Of a stretch of DNA of 64,000 nt, positions 1 through 13,600 are shown one piece after another. Under the pieces are notes generated by a model. It made no database searches. It was given only the letters and a program-made list of their open reading frames with translations, and was not told where the DNA came from. The position numbers were made by a program, and so were the translations under genes. Source of the stretch: Psammoneis japonica (Eukaryota); NCBI GenBank assembly GCA_008632985.1, contig QPGO01000065.1, positions 62,001 through 126,000 of the forward strand, read 5' to 3'. The first letter of the stretch is position 1. Each line of letters starts with the position of its first letter.

Positions 1-760
1 CACATTGTTGCCAAGCAGAGCCACATGGCATGTGCCCACCATTTGTGCCTGCAACAGTGATCCCTGGCCACAAAAAAGCCAACAAAAAGTTGAGCCTGCT
101 TTTGTGGTTGAAGGGTGAAGAAATTGTGAGTGAGGTTGGGTTCAAGAGTTTGTTGGCAATGCCAAGTGGGCAGCCAAAGAGAGGCACCAAAAATGACTGT
201 GTGAAGTGTCTCTCACTCATTTCTCAAGAGGAGCTTGTGCTCATGATGCGGGGTCTGAAGCAAGCACCAGTCAAGAGGACAACAATTCTTTCCCTCTCTG
301 TTCCACCCAAAACACAGCCTTTGAGTCAATGTGGTGCTCCTTCAACAATCGATGCACACACTGGGAGGAGCAGCTGTGGAGCCAGGGCAGCAGGCCTGGC
401 AGGGCTTGGCTCACAACCAAGCTGGGCTTCTCAGCTTGGCAGCACACACTCAGAGTCACATTGTTGCCCTCCTGCAGCTGCAATGTGCCCCACTCTTTGC
501 ACCTGCAGCAACCACCCTGGACCAAAAGAAGCCAGTGCAACTCTGGCCCTGGTTGCATGGTCAAATTGTGTGTGTGTTCAACTGTCGGAATCCCCTCCTT
601 TTTTTCCCTTTTCCTTTAAACCGGCCACGAACATGAAAAAATTGCCGTCGGTTCGCAAAAGAAAATCGGTCCGTTACGTAGGATGCTGTGGGATTTTTAC
701 GTACAAGTTAGCCTGCTAGTGCAGCAGAGCTGAGCCTGTGTCGCAAAGGTCAAAGCTCAA

Positions 761-780
761 CACTGCAAATGAGAATCACT
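761..780 (+). repeat. Left terminal inverted repeat of the CACTA-type element
   Basis: CACTGCAAATGAGAATCACT; 17/20 match to revcomp of 18528-18547. Confidence 0.75.
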
Positions 781-1492
781 CTGAATGAGCTGTTTTCGCT
801 CTAAATAAAAAACAAACAGAGCATTTTGCTCCGATTGCAAGTGCCAAACAATTGATTGTGGCTTTGCTCTGTTCAAGCCACAGTCAGAGCGACATGCTCT
901 GTGCACAAGACAATCAGAGCAAAATGCCAACATTTGCCCTGTTTGACCGCATTCAGAGGATGCCTTCGATTAAGTGCAATTGTTCAGGGCATTCGCTTCA
1001 AACAACTGCAGCCTCCTGCGACCTTTTACATTCTCAGAGCAAATGGTTTTTCTTCAAAGCAAACGAACAATGAACACACACACACACAACAAGACGTGCA
1101 GCGGAACATGACTCAGGCGGGACTCAGATGATTGGGTCCCATTCACGAATGAAGAGTCACGTGGTTTCTGGTCACAAGAATCACGGCGAACCGGGATGTT
1201 TGCGATCCAGGGACGATGGTCCCCCGTGATGTTTGACGTGACGTTTGGACATGTTGCTTTTAGTTTGACAGGACTGCAACTCAGAAGAAGCAGAAAAGCA
1301 GATTGTAATTTAGCGAGAGTGAGAAAAGTGAAGACTGTTAATTTTAGTTTTGTGTGCCACTGACAAGGTGCCAGTGGTGTCGGCATCTGGTTGTCCAACA
1401 AAGACGCAATGATGGACGATTCAAAGCGTCATTGGCGCATGTGCACGCATGCATTCATGGTTGCCAGTCAATGCTCGTAATCTCATTTTTGT

Positions 1493-4485
1493 TTGTGGCG
1501 ATCTCGACGAGCATCGTTGTTGCTCTGTTGTTGTCATTTGTCGCCTGTGTCAGCGCATCGCACACACAACACAATTTTTGCATTTCCGCCTTTGTCTGCA
1601 CAAGTCATGGCCTCCACAGCCTTCTCCATGTGCTGCAAACATTGCTTCTCGACTGTTCCATTGACTCAACATGACAACTCCAACAGCATCGTAAACATGG
1701 GTGATTGCCTCCATTCCGGCAAATGTCTCAACCCGGAGTGTTCAGTTGATTCCTTTTTTGTCTGCGAATGCTGCTGGAACAGCAGCAACACAAACAGCGG
1801 TGGTCGTCATCTTCCAATTCTCAAAGATTGGAAAACCTGCATTGAGCACGCCAAAACTCCAACTCATGTGCAATCCTTTGAAGCTTTGAAAGCCGCACCA
1901 ACAAGCAGTGCAAATGCCATGTGTGCGCCGGCGGAGCCTGCACATGACGAATGTTGGTGCAACGATGACAATGACGCCTCTGTTTCCGAGAGCAAGGAGC
2001 CTTCCAACCAAGATGATTGGATTTACGACGTCAATGATGCCGGCTCACGTCCTCCATTGCGCATTGATGATCTCCGACAAGGTTTTGATCCGCACTCCAA
2101 CAGCCCGGCCTTTTTTTGGCACGAGCATTTGCACCCCGGACAAGGCATCCAGAAATTGACAGCTGACGCTTTCGAATTGCCTGTCACCGAGGTGACCAAA
2201 GAAGAGGCCCATTTTTCACTTGTGATGGCTAGCCTGCTTTCACAACTCACCGAGAAACAATGTGAATTGTTGGCAGAATGCATGCTGCAAGCCACAAACA
2301 GCCGTGATCCAGACTTGTCCATTTTTCGTCGGACTCGTGTCCCCACTTCTGTGAAAGATTTTGAAATTTTGCATTTGTCCAGCAAACGTGCCATTGTGCC
2401 AAATTTGCCTCATCCTGTTCCCAGGAAAACCGATGATGGCAGTCATTCCCATGTTTCCTTTAAAGACGTGCTTGCAAATGAGTTGGCAAAAGCCACGCAA
2501 TTTGACAAGTTCCATTTTGATGCGGACGTCATTGTTCAAGATTCGCAACCTGCCATTTCGCACACACCGGCGGCGCATTCCTTGTTCATGGAACTTAAAG
2601 AAGATGTCGACGGTTTTGTGTTGCATCTTTGGGTGCAAGAATGGTGTGATGACTTCGATCCCAACGGCACGAAGAAGTCACGCAACCAAGTCTGGCTTAA
2701 CACGCACACCTGCTGCCCTCCTCCCAATTCTTCCAGTGGACGCCACACCTGCTTCATGGCAATGTTGTCCAAGGGAGAAAATCATGAAGTTGTGGAGACA
2801 ACATTTGAGCGCGAACTGCAGTCGTTGTCTGAAGAATGCCATTGGTTTTACCATGGTGGCCTGCAGAAGCTCACACGGGTTGAAGCTGGCAAACTCAGTG
2901 TTTGTGTGGATCGGCCTGAACATTCCTGCATGTTTCGTGTTGGAGACCACAATGGCAGCTGTTCAACGTTTTGGGAACATGCCTGTTGTGCAGATGGAAA
3001 CTGTTCTTTCAATCACTTGCCTCATTGTCAGCTCTGTCGCAAAGCACATGTGAGCAACCATTTTAGCACGTCCGAGGATCCTTCTGATGTCGCCGACAAT
3101 TCACAGGAAGAAGGAGCACCAGTGGATGGCGCAGTTGCAATCAACGTTCCTCCTGTTTGCCACATCAACACAGTGCACGCAGCTGCAAAATCCAATCTGC
3201 CTTGCCCAACACATCCAGCACCTTGGCTCAATCCCAAAGCACTTTCACGTTGTCATTGTGCACCAATGCACACCATTGGTCTGGGCAATGTTAAAAGTGA
3301 TTTCGAAATGATGTCCAAATTGTTCTCTCGATTTGAACTTCAGGCAACCTTTGGAAAGCAAGCAAACAAATGCTTGCGGTCCATCCAGTCCCTCCGATCA
3401 ACCAAATGTTTTGCGGCTCATCCACTGTCCACCAGCAAGTGGGGCACAGGTCCCTGGGTCAGTGAAAATTACTTCTTTTGGGCAAGGACAGTAAAATTTA
3501 TGGTTACGCTGCCTGTGCTTCACCAACAACGGGTGATGGACAATCACTCGGATTGTGCAGGTGTGTCACGGATGTTGCTTCGATTCGCTTCTGCCACACA
3601 AGCTTGTCTGAGCCGAGTCATGTCTTCGGAGCGCGTTGTTGGGGACCTTCACGAAATGGTTTTGATGCATTTGGATGCAATGGTCAAGATGGACATGTGG
3701 TTGATGAAAGCACCCTCAGATGAGGCAGACAACGATGCCATAGAAGGCAACGGTGAAGTTCAGAAGAAAAAGAAAAAAAGGTGAACTTTGTGAAATCTGT
3801 TTCACTTGGAATGCTGGGAGTCGCGGAATCCCACCAACATGATGGACCGGCCACTCTGCATGGGGAGGGTGACGATTCTGGAGAAAGTGGTGTGCAAACT
3901 GTGAGGCCAGAGGTCAGCATCAAACGCAGCAATGCAGACTGGCAAACAATCGCTTTGCATCACATTCACCAACAGGCAACCATTTCTTGGCTTTTAGAAC
4001 GTGACAGTGAGAAAGGTTCATCGAAGAACAGACGTCTAGATGGCATTTTCAAAATCTGCAGCAACTGGAACACATTGTTGGAGGCAAGACAGCAATGCCT
4101 TCCCTTTGCTGGCCTTGTGTCATCCGATTGCACTGTGTGGTTGTTGTTTCGACCAGTGGGTGAAAAAGGAGCCACTTGCTCCTCTGCAACTGCAGTTGCT
4201 TTAGAATTTGTGGATGAGGAAGGTGAAGAAATTTTGGACTTGTGTTGGATGGCGCCAGTTCAAGCAACAGACAGGAGAAAATCATTTGATGCGGTGACAG
4301 ATCTTTGCAACAGTTTGGGACATCAGTTTGTGCTGGCATTGCCAAGGATGGAAGATGATGGTGAAACGTTCCTAAACAGCTTTTATTGTGTCAGCCATCT
4401 GTGGAATGAAAGAACCAGAGATGGATGCTTTGTGAAAACGGAACTCAGCTTGGACGTTTTCGACGATTGGTTGACAGCCGGCTAA
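1493..4485 (+). pseudogene. CMC/CACTA-Plavaka-like DDE transposase, disrupted
   Basis: ORFs 1493-3784 and 3781-4485. Motifs EWCDDFDPN (first Asp), VCVDRPE, PMHTIGLGNVK (xMH...LG..K of CACTA-related transposases), GPATLHGEG..SGE, and an N-terminal CCHH finger. Only 3 Tyr in 763 aa. Confidence 0.65.
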
Positions 4486-4733
4486 CCATCAACTGCTCTG
4501 TCATCCGTCTCGGTTGACAATCCAGCCTGTGTGGGGGAGACAATGGCATGAGCAGTGCACGTGCTCCAATGGTGTGTGGACCCGTGAAGGAGCAGCGCAC
4601 ATGCTCTTTTGTTTAAAGACGCGCTGTTGTGGCCGACACGCAACTAGCTGCGGGGGACAAGAAGGACATGCGAGCTGGGCATCTGCTCTCATTTCATGTT
4701 CCTCTTTCTCTTTATGAAGCAGAACTGTGCAGA

Positions 4734-6530
4734 TTAGTCCCTCATTGCGTTCAACATTTTGTTTTTGGCCAAAATGTCCAACATCGCCTCTGGTGGATTA
4801 GACAGCAGTTTGTCAAAATTGAGTTCAAATGCAATTTGAATGGGGCCATGATCCCAGGTCAACCCGGCCCAATCATTGTCCTCACACAGTTCTTTGGCAA
4901 TCTCCTCCATCGTTTTTTCCTCACTTTTACATGAAAAGTTTTGGATTAATCCACCGGGAGGCAGCTCTTCGGGGTCACTGGAACCATCAAAGTGACAAAG
5001 AAAATTCGCCTCATCGTGGAAAACAAAAAATGACATTCCTGCAAAATGGACATCGCAGCAGTTTACCCTCCCTTTGCTGATCCAGAAGCGAAACATTTTG
5101 CAAAGAATGTTCTCAACAAAACGAATGGTGAAGTGAGTGTCTTTCTTGTCATCACCCCCGGGGTTGTTCAACTGCACGGTGAATGCACCCTGCATGGTTT
5201 GAGCCAAACGGAACATGTCCGCATCATCCATCTTGCCCAGTCCACATTCTTCGGCAATTTTTGTGTCAGGGAGGGAATCCTTTTTGCAGTGGCAACAATG
5301 CAGCATCCAAATGGGAAGCTGGCCAATTTCTGCCATGATCGCAATCGAATGATTGAGATGCAAGACGTCGCATTGCGGGGAGAATTCAGACAACTGATTC
5401 ATCAGTTTCTTGCAAATGGAGACGATGTCTTTGTTTTGTGGCTTGTTTGCATGCTCATTCCAAATGTCACAAATCCACTTTCCCTTTTTATCATTCTGTT
5501 TTTTCCATTCAGCCTTGGTTGGCAAGGGTGGTCTCTTGCTGCGTGACGCACATCGCAGAGGGATTCCTCTAGAATGTGCCTCTTTTACGTGGACCATCAT
5601 TTCGCAAATGAGACACCCCAATCCCGCAGGGGTCGCTTGGTGGCTGGAAGGCATTAACGGACAAAAGAACCAACGCAACTGCTCCAAAGCAATGTGACTG
5701 CGCCGGGCACACCTCGAAGCAAGTCTGAACAGCGACAACTTGCGGCAACGTAAGTGAGAATTTGTCAATCATTGCGACAATGAAGTGTAGAAGTTGCAGT
5801 CGCCTTTTAATGCATCGATTCCTTTGCATCCCTTAAATCCTGTCAAGTGATCACAGACAATTGCCGGCTCCAGTCGTTGCCGGTGCACGGGTGAGTTTTG
5901 GCAGGTGCGAATGGCTCGTGTTGTGATGGGCAAGGTGAGTCGAATCCTCTTCTCCGCAGTTTCTACAGAACTGCGGGTGCAAGCAATGGCAGCATCTCTT
6001 GTTTCTCCATCATTTGTGATTTTTGAAACAGACAAAACTGGGGTCATGTCTTTGTTTTGGCCGTTGCATTCATCCGAGTGGCAATCCGTAATTTTGCCAA
6101 ATTTGGCATTCGCCAGACGCAGTGCCTCCACGACATCATTTGCTGAGGCATCCGGCAACGAACCCGCATGGTCTTGACGTCGGTTTTTTGTCTCTTCATC
6201 GTGCCACAATCTAGATGTAAAAGCAGGATTCAGTGTCTCCGCAATTTCAGACATTGACTCAAAAAAAGGCATTGCTTCCTCAGTCCCTTTCCCAACTCGA
6301 GGCCGTGCAACACCATCAGCATGGCCTTCCCTTGCAGTGCTTGTGTTGGTGCACACGCCGAAATCTGCAAAGTGGTCCTTTGGTTGACGATGGGTCCCAG
6401 TTTTCTTGGGCTTGTTGCTTTTCTTTTTCTGAAAACGTTTTCTCTTGCCAGTTTTCTTGCCAACATTGCCTTTCCTTGTTTTCTTTCCCTGGCTGGTTGC
6501 TTTTCGACTCACGTTCATGGCATTTGTCAA
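4734..6530 (-). pseudogene. Cargo ORF broken by an in-frame TGA; possible TET/JBP-like 2OG-dioxygenase remnant plus HhH/aGPT-pyrophosphorylase-like domain
   Basis: ORFs 5769-6530 and 4734-5768 share a frame and are separated by one TGA. Motifs HSDECN...RDAAIACTRSS and FVENILCKMFR...DVHFAG. Motif resemblance only. Confidence 0.35.
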
Positions 6531-7287
6531 TCAGCACGTGCGATCGGTCCCAGTCAATGCAGTGGATTGGGTGTTTGTTTGGAAAGTGGTTGAGCACCAA
6601 CATGAAGTCATTGCAATGGTCGGAATCAACATCACACAAAGACCATTTGATGTCAGTTTCATCCTGTCCAAGTGTTGACGCCAAATCCGGAATTGGCACT
6701 TGGCAGTGGGGGATGTCTGCTCTGCTTGCCAAGCAAACCTGCAGTTTCGACTGGAAGACAACATGCAGATGGGTGGCATGCTTTTGCCTGCGTTCTCCAG
6801 ACAGTTTCCCCAAATTGTCAAGTGCTTTGGCTTTTCCAGAATTGTGACGGAAGTGAGCACTGTTCATCTCCTCAAACACAAAAACAACATTGAACATGTT
6901 TTTGGCATGCAAGCTCTCTTCTTGCAGCAGGGAACGGGACAACACTGTTTTCTCCCGCCGAGTCTTGCAGTTGCCAGTGAAAGTTGGATGCTGCATCTGC
7001 AAGGGCAGTGCTGCCTCAAAAGCGCTTGAATGGCAATCAGATGATTCGTCTCTGCTTCCATTGGGCAAATCAGAATCGGAGAAATCAATGGGAAGTGCTG
7101 ACACAACTGTGCCATCATGCCAATGCGATGATGATTGGTCACTCTGACTTGAGAAAACAGAATCAATGACATCGCTGTTTGTTGATTGTTCCTCGACGTG
7201 ACGCACAGAAGCCGAGTCCTCATGGCGTTTTGCTTCTTCCCGCATGTGCTGCTCACTCAGCAAGCAAAGCAACTGGTCTGCTGGTCT

Positions 7288-8331
7288 TCACTTGCGAGGA
7301 GGTGGAGACCGTCCCAGGGGAGATTCCAGGCTGCGTGACCTGGATGTGGCAAATCTTGTACAGTGTGAGATTGGACTGCCACTTCTGTTTCTGCGGAGTC
7401 GCATTTGACAAAATGGGGCCATGCCACAGTTGGTGGGTTGACTTGTTCTGCTTGAACTCCTTGAGCGGATGCTGTCATCTGCAGAACGTGCGGGAGGATG
7501 GCTTTTGTCCCAACCGGGACTCTCAGATTTCCTCGATGCACCCAACCTGTGCAAGCGCAATGAATGCCTGGGTTTGCGAACACGCGATCGACCCCGACAC
7601 CTGGATGGTGACCTCAACATTGTTGGAGACCTGTTTTTTGACCTGGAGGGTGACCTGCACCTGGATGGTGACCTGTGCGGTGACCTTTGTCTACGCCGAG
7701 GTGACAATCTAGACCTTTTGTTGGAAGAATCCAGAGACCTTTTGTTGGAAGAATCCAGAGACCTTCGACGAGACCATTGCGGTGAACTAGATGGAGACCT
7801 TTGGCATGACCTCTGCCGCGATTGCGATTGACCTTGGTGATCCCCACATGGAGAGTGGGGAACAGCACCACAACGTTCCCTGTAACTGCGCCGGGAACTT
7901 GAGTTGTGGCAACCCATGGATGGTGACCGACACCATCGCAGATGCCTTCGACGAGAATGAGACCTAGACCCAGAACAACGAGACCTTGATCGACAAGGAG
8001 AACCACGCGAAGAAGCTCCAGAACGACAACGATGTCTGGTCCAATGACGCGATCGAGACCGAGAACTTGACAAAGAGCAAGAGACCGAGAACTTGACCAA
8101 GACCGGGACGGCGATTGATGCCTTCATCGTTGGTGGGAATTCGACCTCGACCTGCATTGCCGTCCAGACAGTCTGCGTTCCCTGGATCCCTCGTTTGGAT
8201 TTGACCACAGCCGACCTGTGGAACTTTGAACAGGCGATTCGGATCTTTGACGAATCAAGCGACCCGGCGGATCTCTTGATGGACGCGCACTCCTTGTCCT
8301 TCTTCCCTTGGGAGCGCCGGATCTGCTCCAA
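7288..8331 (-). CDS. Arg/Ser-rich low-complexity cargo ORF (RS and RSPS repeats), probably degenerate
   Basis: Translation shows SRSRS, RSPSR and a duplicated SLDSSNKR; short 18-24 bp internal repeats at about 7590-7800. Confidence 0.4.
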   Translation of the reverse strand: MEQIRRSQGKKDKECASIKRSAGSLDSSKIRIACSKFHRSAVVKSKRGIQGTQTVWTAMQVEVEFPPTMKASIAVPVLVKFSVSCSLSSSRSRSRHWTRHRCRSGASSRGSPCRSRSRCSGSRSHSRRRHLRWCRSPSMGCHNSSSRRSYRERCGAVPHSPCGDHQGQSQSRQRSCQRSPSSSPQWSRRRSLDSSNKRSLDSSNKRSRLSPRRRQRSPHRSPSRCRSPSRSKNRSPTMLRSPSRCRGRSRVRKPRHSLRLHRLGASRKSESPGWDKSHPPARSADDSIRSRSSSRTSQPTNCGMAPFCQMRLRRNRSGSPISHCTRFATSRSRSLESPLGRSPPPRK

Positions 8332-9058
8332 GCGGGAGCATCACATTTGCCTTTTCCACGATGCATGGATGGTTGGAATTTGAGCAAGCAGATGCTGCAA
8401 TGAAAAACAATGAGAGCAGAACAGCTTCACAACTCCTTTGTCATTTGTGCGAGAATGTGATTTTGCGATGATGATGTCGCCTTCATGTGGTCGTGATCAA
8501 GAGATGATGTGTGTTGGGTGAGTCAGAACATCGGAATCCGGAATTTTGCATGTCATCCCCTCACGTGGCCAACTGGTTGAGGCCACCTGCAGCGCCACAA
8601 ACAGAACACCACAAAAATTCTGCACTCATCATAGAATTTGACAAGAAAACAAGTCCCCTCTTTTCTGTGACATCACTGCATTTGCCGCATGTCACAATGG
8701 CACAAATGTCGGAAAAGCACGCATCCATGACACCGCCGCTGACACTGCTGTTGTCATCAAACTTTGCTGTTTGTGCAATGCTGTTGTCATTCATCCTTCC
8801 ATTGCATGTTGTCATTTTTGTCAACTTGTTGACAAGTGTTGACAATGTTGTGACCTTTAGTGAAGGTTCATTGTGAGACACCACCAGGACCGAAACTTCA
8901 TCGCTGCTGCAAGAACAACACTGAGCTCACGGCGCAGTCTGCACATTGTTTCTTCATCGCGCATCTCAGACAATTTGGTGTGTGTGCTGCACTTTGTTGA
9001 CTCTTTACAATCATCATCAGGTGCTGCCACGAAATTGGTTGCAGACAAAGTCAGCAAC

Positions 9059-10570
9059 TTCCCTGCATCTCCGCGTCAACTGCTGACAATTGCACAGCAA
9101 CGGACGAGTGGGACTGCCAGTCCGTCGCCCAGCGACATTCCGCCAATCGGTTTTCAATGACAAGACCTGGAGAACTGGCTGGGGCACCCTCGTTGTGTTG
9201 CACAGTTTGAAGAAAAGGGGACCGGCTGATCTGGGTTGTGTTGGCAGACGGCGCAAGCTCCTTTTTCCTTGACATTGTCAAGAACACATGCATTCCAAGG
9301 CCACTGTTGTCGGTTGGTCGTCTCCGTCTGTTGCATCTCTTCCCTGTGTCTCCGCGTCAACTGCTGATGATTGCACAGCAACGGACGAGTGGGACTGCCA
9401 GTCCGTCGCCCAGTGACATTCCGCCAATCGGTTTTCAACAATGAGACCTGGAGAACTGGCTGGGGCACCCTCGTTGTGTTGCACAGTTTGAAGAAAAGGG
9501 GACCGGCTGATCTGGGTGGTGTTGGCAGACGGCGCAAGCTCCTTTTTCCTTGACGTTGTCAAGAACATGTGCACTCCAAGGCCACTGTTGTCGGTGGGTC
9601 GTCTCCGTCTGTCATGTCTCTTCCCTGCATCTCCGCGTCAACTGCTGACAATTGCACAGCAACGGACGAGTGGGACTGCCAGTCCGTCGCCCAGCGACAT
9701 TCTGCTGATTGGTCTTCAATGACAAGACCTGGAGAACTGGCTGGGGCACCCTCGTTGTGTTGCACAGTTTGAAGAAAAGGGGACCGGCTGATCTGGGTTG
9801 TGTTGGCAGACGGCGCAAGCTCCTTTTTCCTTGACATTGTCAAGAACACATGCATTCCAAGGCCACTGTTGTCGGTTGGTCGTCTCCGTCTGTTGCATCT
9901 CTTCCCTGTGTCTCCGCGTCAACTGCTGATGATTGCACAGCAACGGACGAGTGGGACTGCCAGTCCGTCGCCCAGTGACATTCCGCCAATCGGTTTTCAA
10001 CAATGAGACCTGGAGAACTGGCTGGGGCACCCTCGTTGTGTTGCACAGTTTGAAGAAAAGGGGACCGGCTGATCTGGGTGGTGTTGGCAGACGGCGCAAG
10101 CTCCTTTTTCCTTGACGTTGTCAAGAACATGTGCACTCCAAGGCCACTGTTGTCGGTGGGTCGTCTCCGTCTGTCATGTCTCTTCCCTGCATCTCCGCGT
10201 CAACTGCTGACAATTGCACAGCAACGGACGAGTGGGACTGCCAGTCCGTCGCCCAGTGACATTCCGCTGATTGGTCTTCAATGACAAGACCTGGAGAACT
10301 GGCTGGGGCACCCTCGTTGTGTTGCACAGTTTGAAGAAAAGGGGACCGGCTGATCTGGGTTGTGTTGGCAGACGGCGCAAGCTCCTTTTTCCTTGACATT
10401 GTCAAGAACACACATGTTCCAAGGCCACTGTTGTCGGTGGGTCGTCTCCGTCTGTCACATCTCTTCCCTGCATTTCCGCGTCTGTTGCCCACCGATGGTC
10501 CGCCAATTGGGTTTTCAATGATGAGACCTGGAAAACTGGCTGGGGCACCCTCGTTGTGTTGCACAGTTTG
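9059..10570. repeat. Tandem array of a 281-bp unit, 5 full copies plus 1 partial
   Basis: TTCCCTG unit starts at 9059, 9340, 9621, 9902, 10183 and 10464. Units 2 and 4 share all diagnostic variants (562-bp higher-order period). No TpA seen in the units. Confidence 0.95.
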
Positions 10571-10614
10571 ACGCAAATGAGGCAGCAGCAAAGGGAAGCG
10601 AGGATTCGCCTGCG

Positions 10615-13600
10615 ATGTCAAGGGACAATGGAATGAAAGCTCTTGCCAAAGCGGCTGTTGTGGCTTCCCGAGAAGAGAACGAGGAAATCCGGTTGTCACA
10701 GGAGGAGAATGACCACAATTCCCCGGAAGAAGATGTGGAAGAAGAGGAGGAGGAAATGCCGGAGGAAATGCGGACGTCAGAGGTGGACAAGGAAGCTGTG
10801 AATTCTAAGGAAATGGACAATGATGCTTCTCAGGAGAAGGAAGATGCGGGTTCTTTACCAAAATCATCAAAATCCAAGAAGGGGGACATTCAACACATTC
10901 CCGCCAAGCTCCGGTTTTTCGTGAATGCAATCAAACATGACATGTCAAAGCGTGTGCGGGACAATGTCCACCGCACTTGTCCCTTGTTTGCCGTGGTCAA
11001 CCCAAGCACAGAACCAAAATCACCAACTGCGCTGGCAAATTCTGGACGCAGGCCGAACAATCGCGGGAAGAAATGCATTTTGTTGCATCACAACCAGAAG
11101 GGGTTGTCATCCGACTTCGGCAAAGAAGCAAGTAAAAAAGCAAGGGCAGCTGCAAAGGATTTTCTTCTTCGTGAATTCAATCAAGAAAACGAAGGCGACA
11201 TTGTCGACTTGTTGAACAACAAACACACTCACATTTTGGGAATTTGTGCAATGCCAAAAAATCAAGAAAGCGGCAAACTGGCAACTGATCTTGTCGCTGC
11301 ACTGTTGCACCGGTGCATTGAATTGGTGCCAGCAACAATTGTTGACCATGTTCGAGTCAACAGAGGAGCCAAAGTCCACAACCATGGGTTGTGCCCCTTC
11401 CTGATTAGCCTGGCTCAATCTGTCGGCCACACGGTTGTTGGCACTTGGGACACAATGCTGCATTGTCAAGTCAAGCTCAAACAATGCCACTGTGAAAGTT
11501 TGGGTTTCGAGGACATCACAGAGGAAATGAATGAGGAGCCCTCTTGGGAAAGAGTGAGACAGCATTGGAATTGGAATGCTTTGATCGAAGAGGACGGAGA
11601 CAACACTGGGGCACTGAAGGTGAAATGCAGAGTCACCACACGTTGTGCAAAAATTGTGTTGCCCATCTCTCACACAGAGGATGATTTCCAATGCAATGTA
11701 AAACATTGGCGAGATCGTGTTGGGTTCTGGAGCAGCAAGAAGAGACCCACCGATCAATGCCAAGATTTGGTGGATCAAGAGAAAGACCTCATCTACAAAT
11801 CGTCAGTGGTGATGGTCGGCAATGCGACGCTGGATTCTTTTAAAGATTCCTGGCAAAAACACATGGATGGACGCCAATGGTTTGACATTGGAAAGTGCAT
11901 TTGCGAATCCCACGAATGTTGCGTGGGTGCAAGTGACGCCAACCAAGTTAAGTCACATTTCGAGACAACGGCTTTGTTTGCCGCAAGCGTCAATTTCTCC
12001 TGCCAAATGAGCGAACCAGCAAATGATGAAACATGGAAAAGAGCGGCGTTTTGATCGAGGACTTCCGAGCAGCTCAAAGAGCGAAATGTGTGAGGGGCAA
12101 GTTCAACGCAACTGCGGAGTCGGGAACTGACAACCGGAAGCATGTTCTCAACCCCAAGCATTGCCAACGGACTCAGAGCGATTCAGATGAAGACATGGAA
12201 ATGGAAATGCCTTTGGGTGATGATGGAGCCACATGTCAACTTCTTGAAAGGATCTGTTTGAAGTGCAACACGTGCAACATGGTGTTTCCCATCGATTGCA
12301 ACCAGGAAGATCAAGGTGGACTGTCACCAGCAGCAACTTTGTTTTCAGCGCTTACGGGACCTTGCCATGATCATGTGATGTGTGTTCCGGGCAAGTGCCC
12401 CATTTGCACTACACAAAGCAAAAGTGCAGTGTACGAACTGCTGGTTGGTGCTGCACAAGAAGACAGAGAAACTCTGAAGGACCTGGAGAAACGCCAAGTG
12501 CGGTTGAACAAAAAGGATTTCTTTCTGCCACCTTTGCGACACATTGCAATTTGGTGCAAAGAAGCGGAACAACTGCATTGGCACCAGATCAATCGGTTGT
12601 TCCGACAATGTCGTTTTGCAGAGCTGGCGAAGGAGGCGATGCTTGACAAAAAATTCTGTGCCAGGGGAAACAAGAGAGAAAAGAAGGAACCGATGCCACA
12701 AGAGGGAGATGGTGACCTGGAGGAAGAGGAGTCCGAATCGGAACCAGAAGATCAAGGTCTCCTTGTGTCACGAAGAAAAGTGTTGTCTGCCAAAGACAAG
12801 AAATGTCAAGATCTACGTCATGAGGCAAGGATGCACTGTGAGGATGCCAAAGAATTGGAACGGCTGCGTGGTTTTGAGTGGGTCGATCGGGCCACACGGC
12901 CGGATGAAAGTGAGGTGCCAGGTGATGCTGTTGATTGTGAAGGACCAGTTTCATGTGGATGGTTCGAAGATTTCAAGCACAGCAGAACATTTGCTGAAGA
13001 CTGTTTTGGAGCGACGAATGACAAGGACATTGGAGGAGGGTCGATGAACCTTGTTCGAGCCGCAATTGAGGAAGCTAAAAAGAACCCCAACACAAGAGTG
13101 AATTTCAATGCCAGACAAAAGAGGCAAATTGGCAAAAGAGCTGATCACGCAATGAACAATGGTCAGGTTCACAAAGTGAGACGGCTGACAGCCAAGGAGC
13201 TGACGAAGGAGGGGCTTGTAGCCGATGATGATTTTGAAGGTCCGGAGGGAACGCCAGCATTCGTGGGGGTTGGCACAAGGAAGAAACCACACTGTCACAC
13301 CATGGAGTGGGCAAGAGCCAATTTTCAGCAGCGATGTCCCACAGTGTACAAGGCCATGTGTGATTGGGAACCAGGGAAGAAAAAATGGTGCAGACTGCCG
13401 GAGGGTCATGTGTCAGATAAAAGCGGGCTGGAATTTCCCAGCTCGGGACCCCCAGTCAAACATCAACAAGGGGAGAAAGACACGTGCGTGTTTTCGAGCC
13501 TGGCCAGTGTCCTAAATTACATTGGAGATGAAAGGATGGAGCGATGTGTTGTGAACTACATGGATCATTCTTGCAGATCAGAGAACACCAACAACAAACG

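Noticed and set aside
670..720. Helitron 3' end (hairpin plus CTAG)
   Set aside because: CTAGT is present but there is no convincing GC-rich hairpin and no Rep/helicase evidence.
9059..10570. CRISPR-like array or repeated small genes
   Set aside because: Units are contiguous 281-bp near-identical copies with no unique spacers, no cas genes, and a eukaryotic context.
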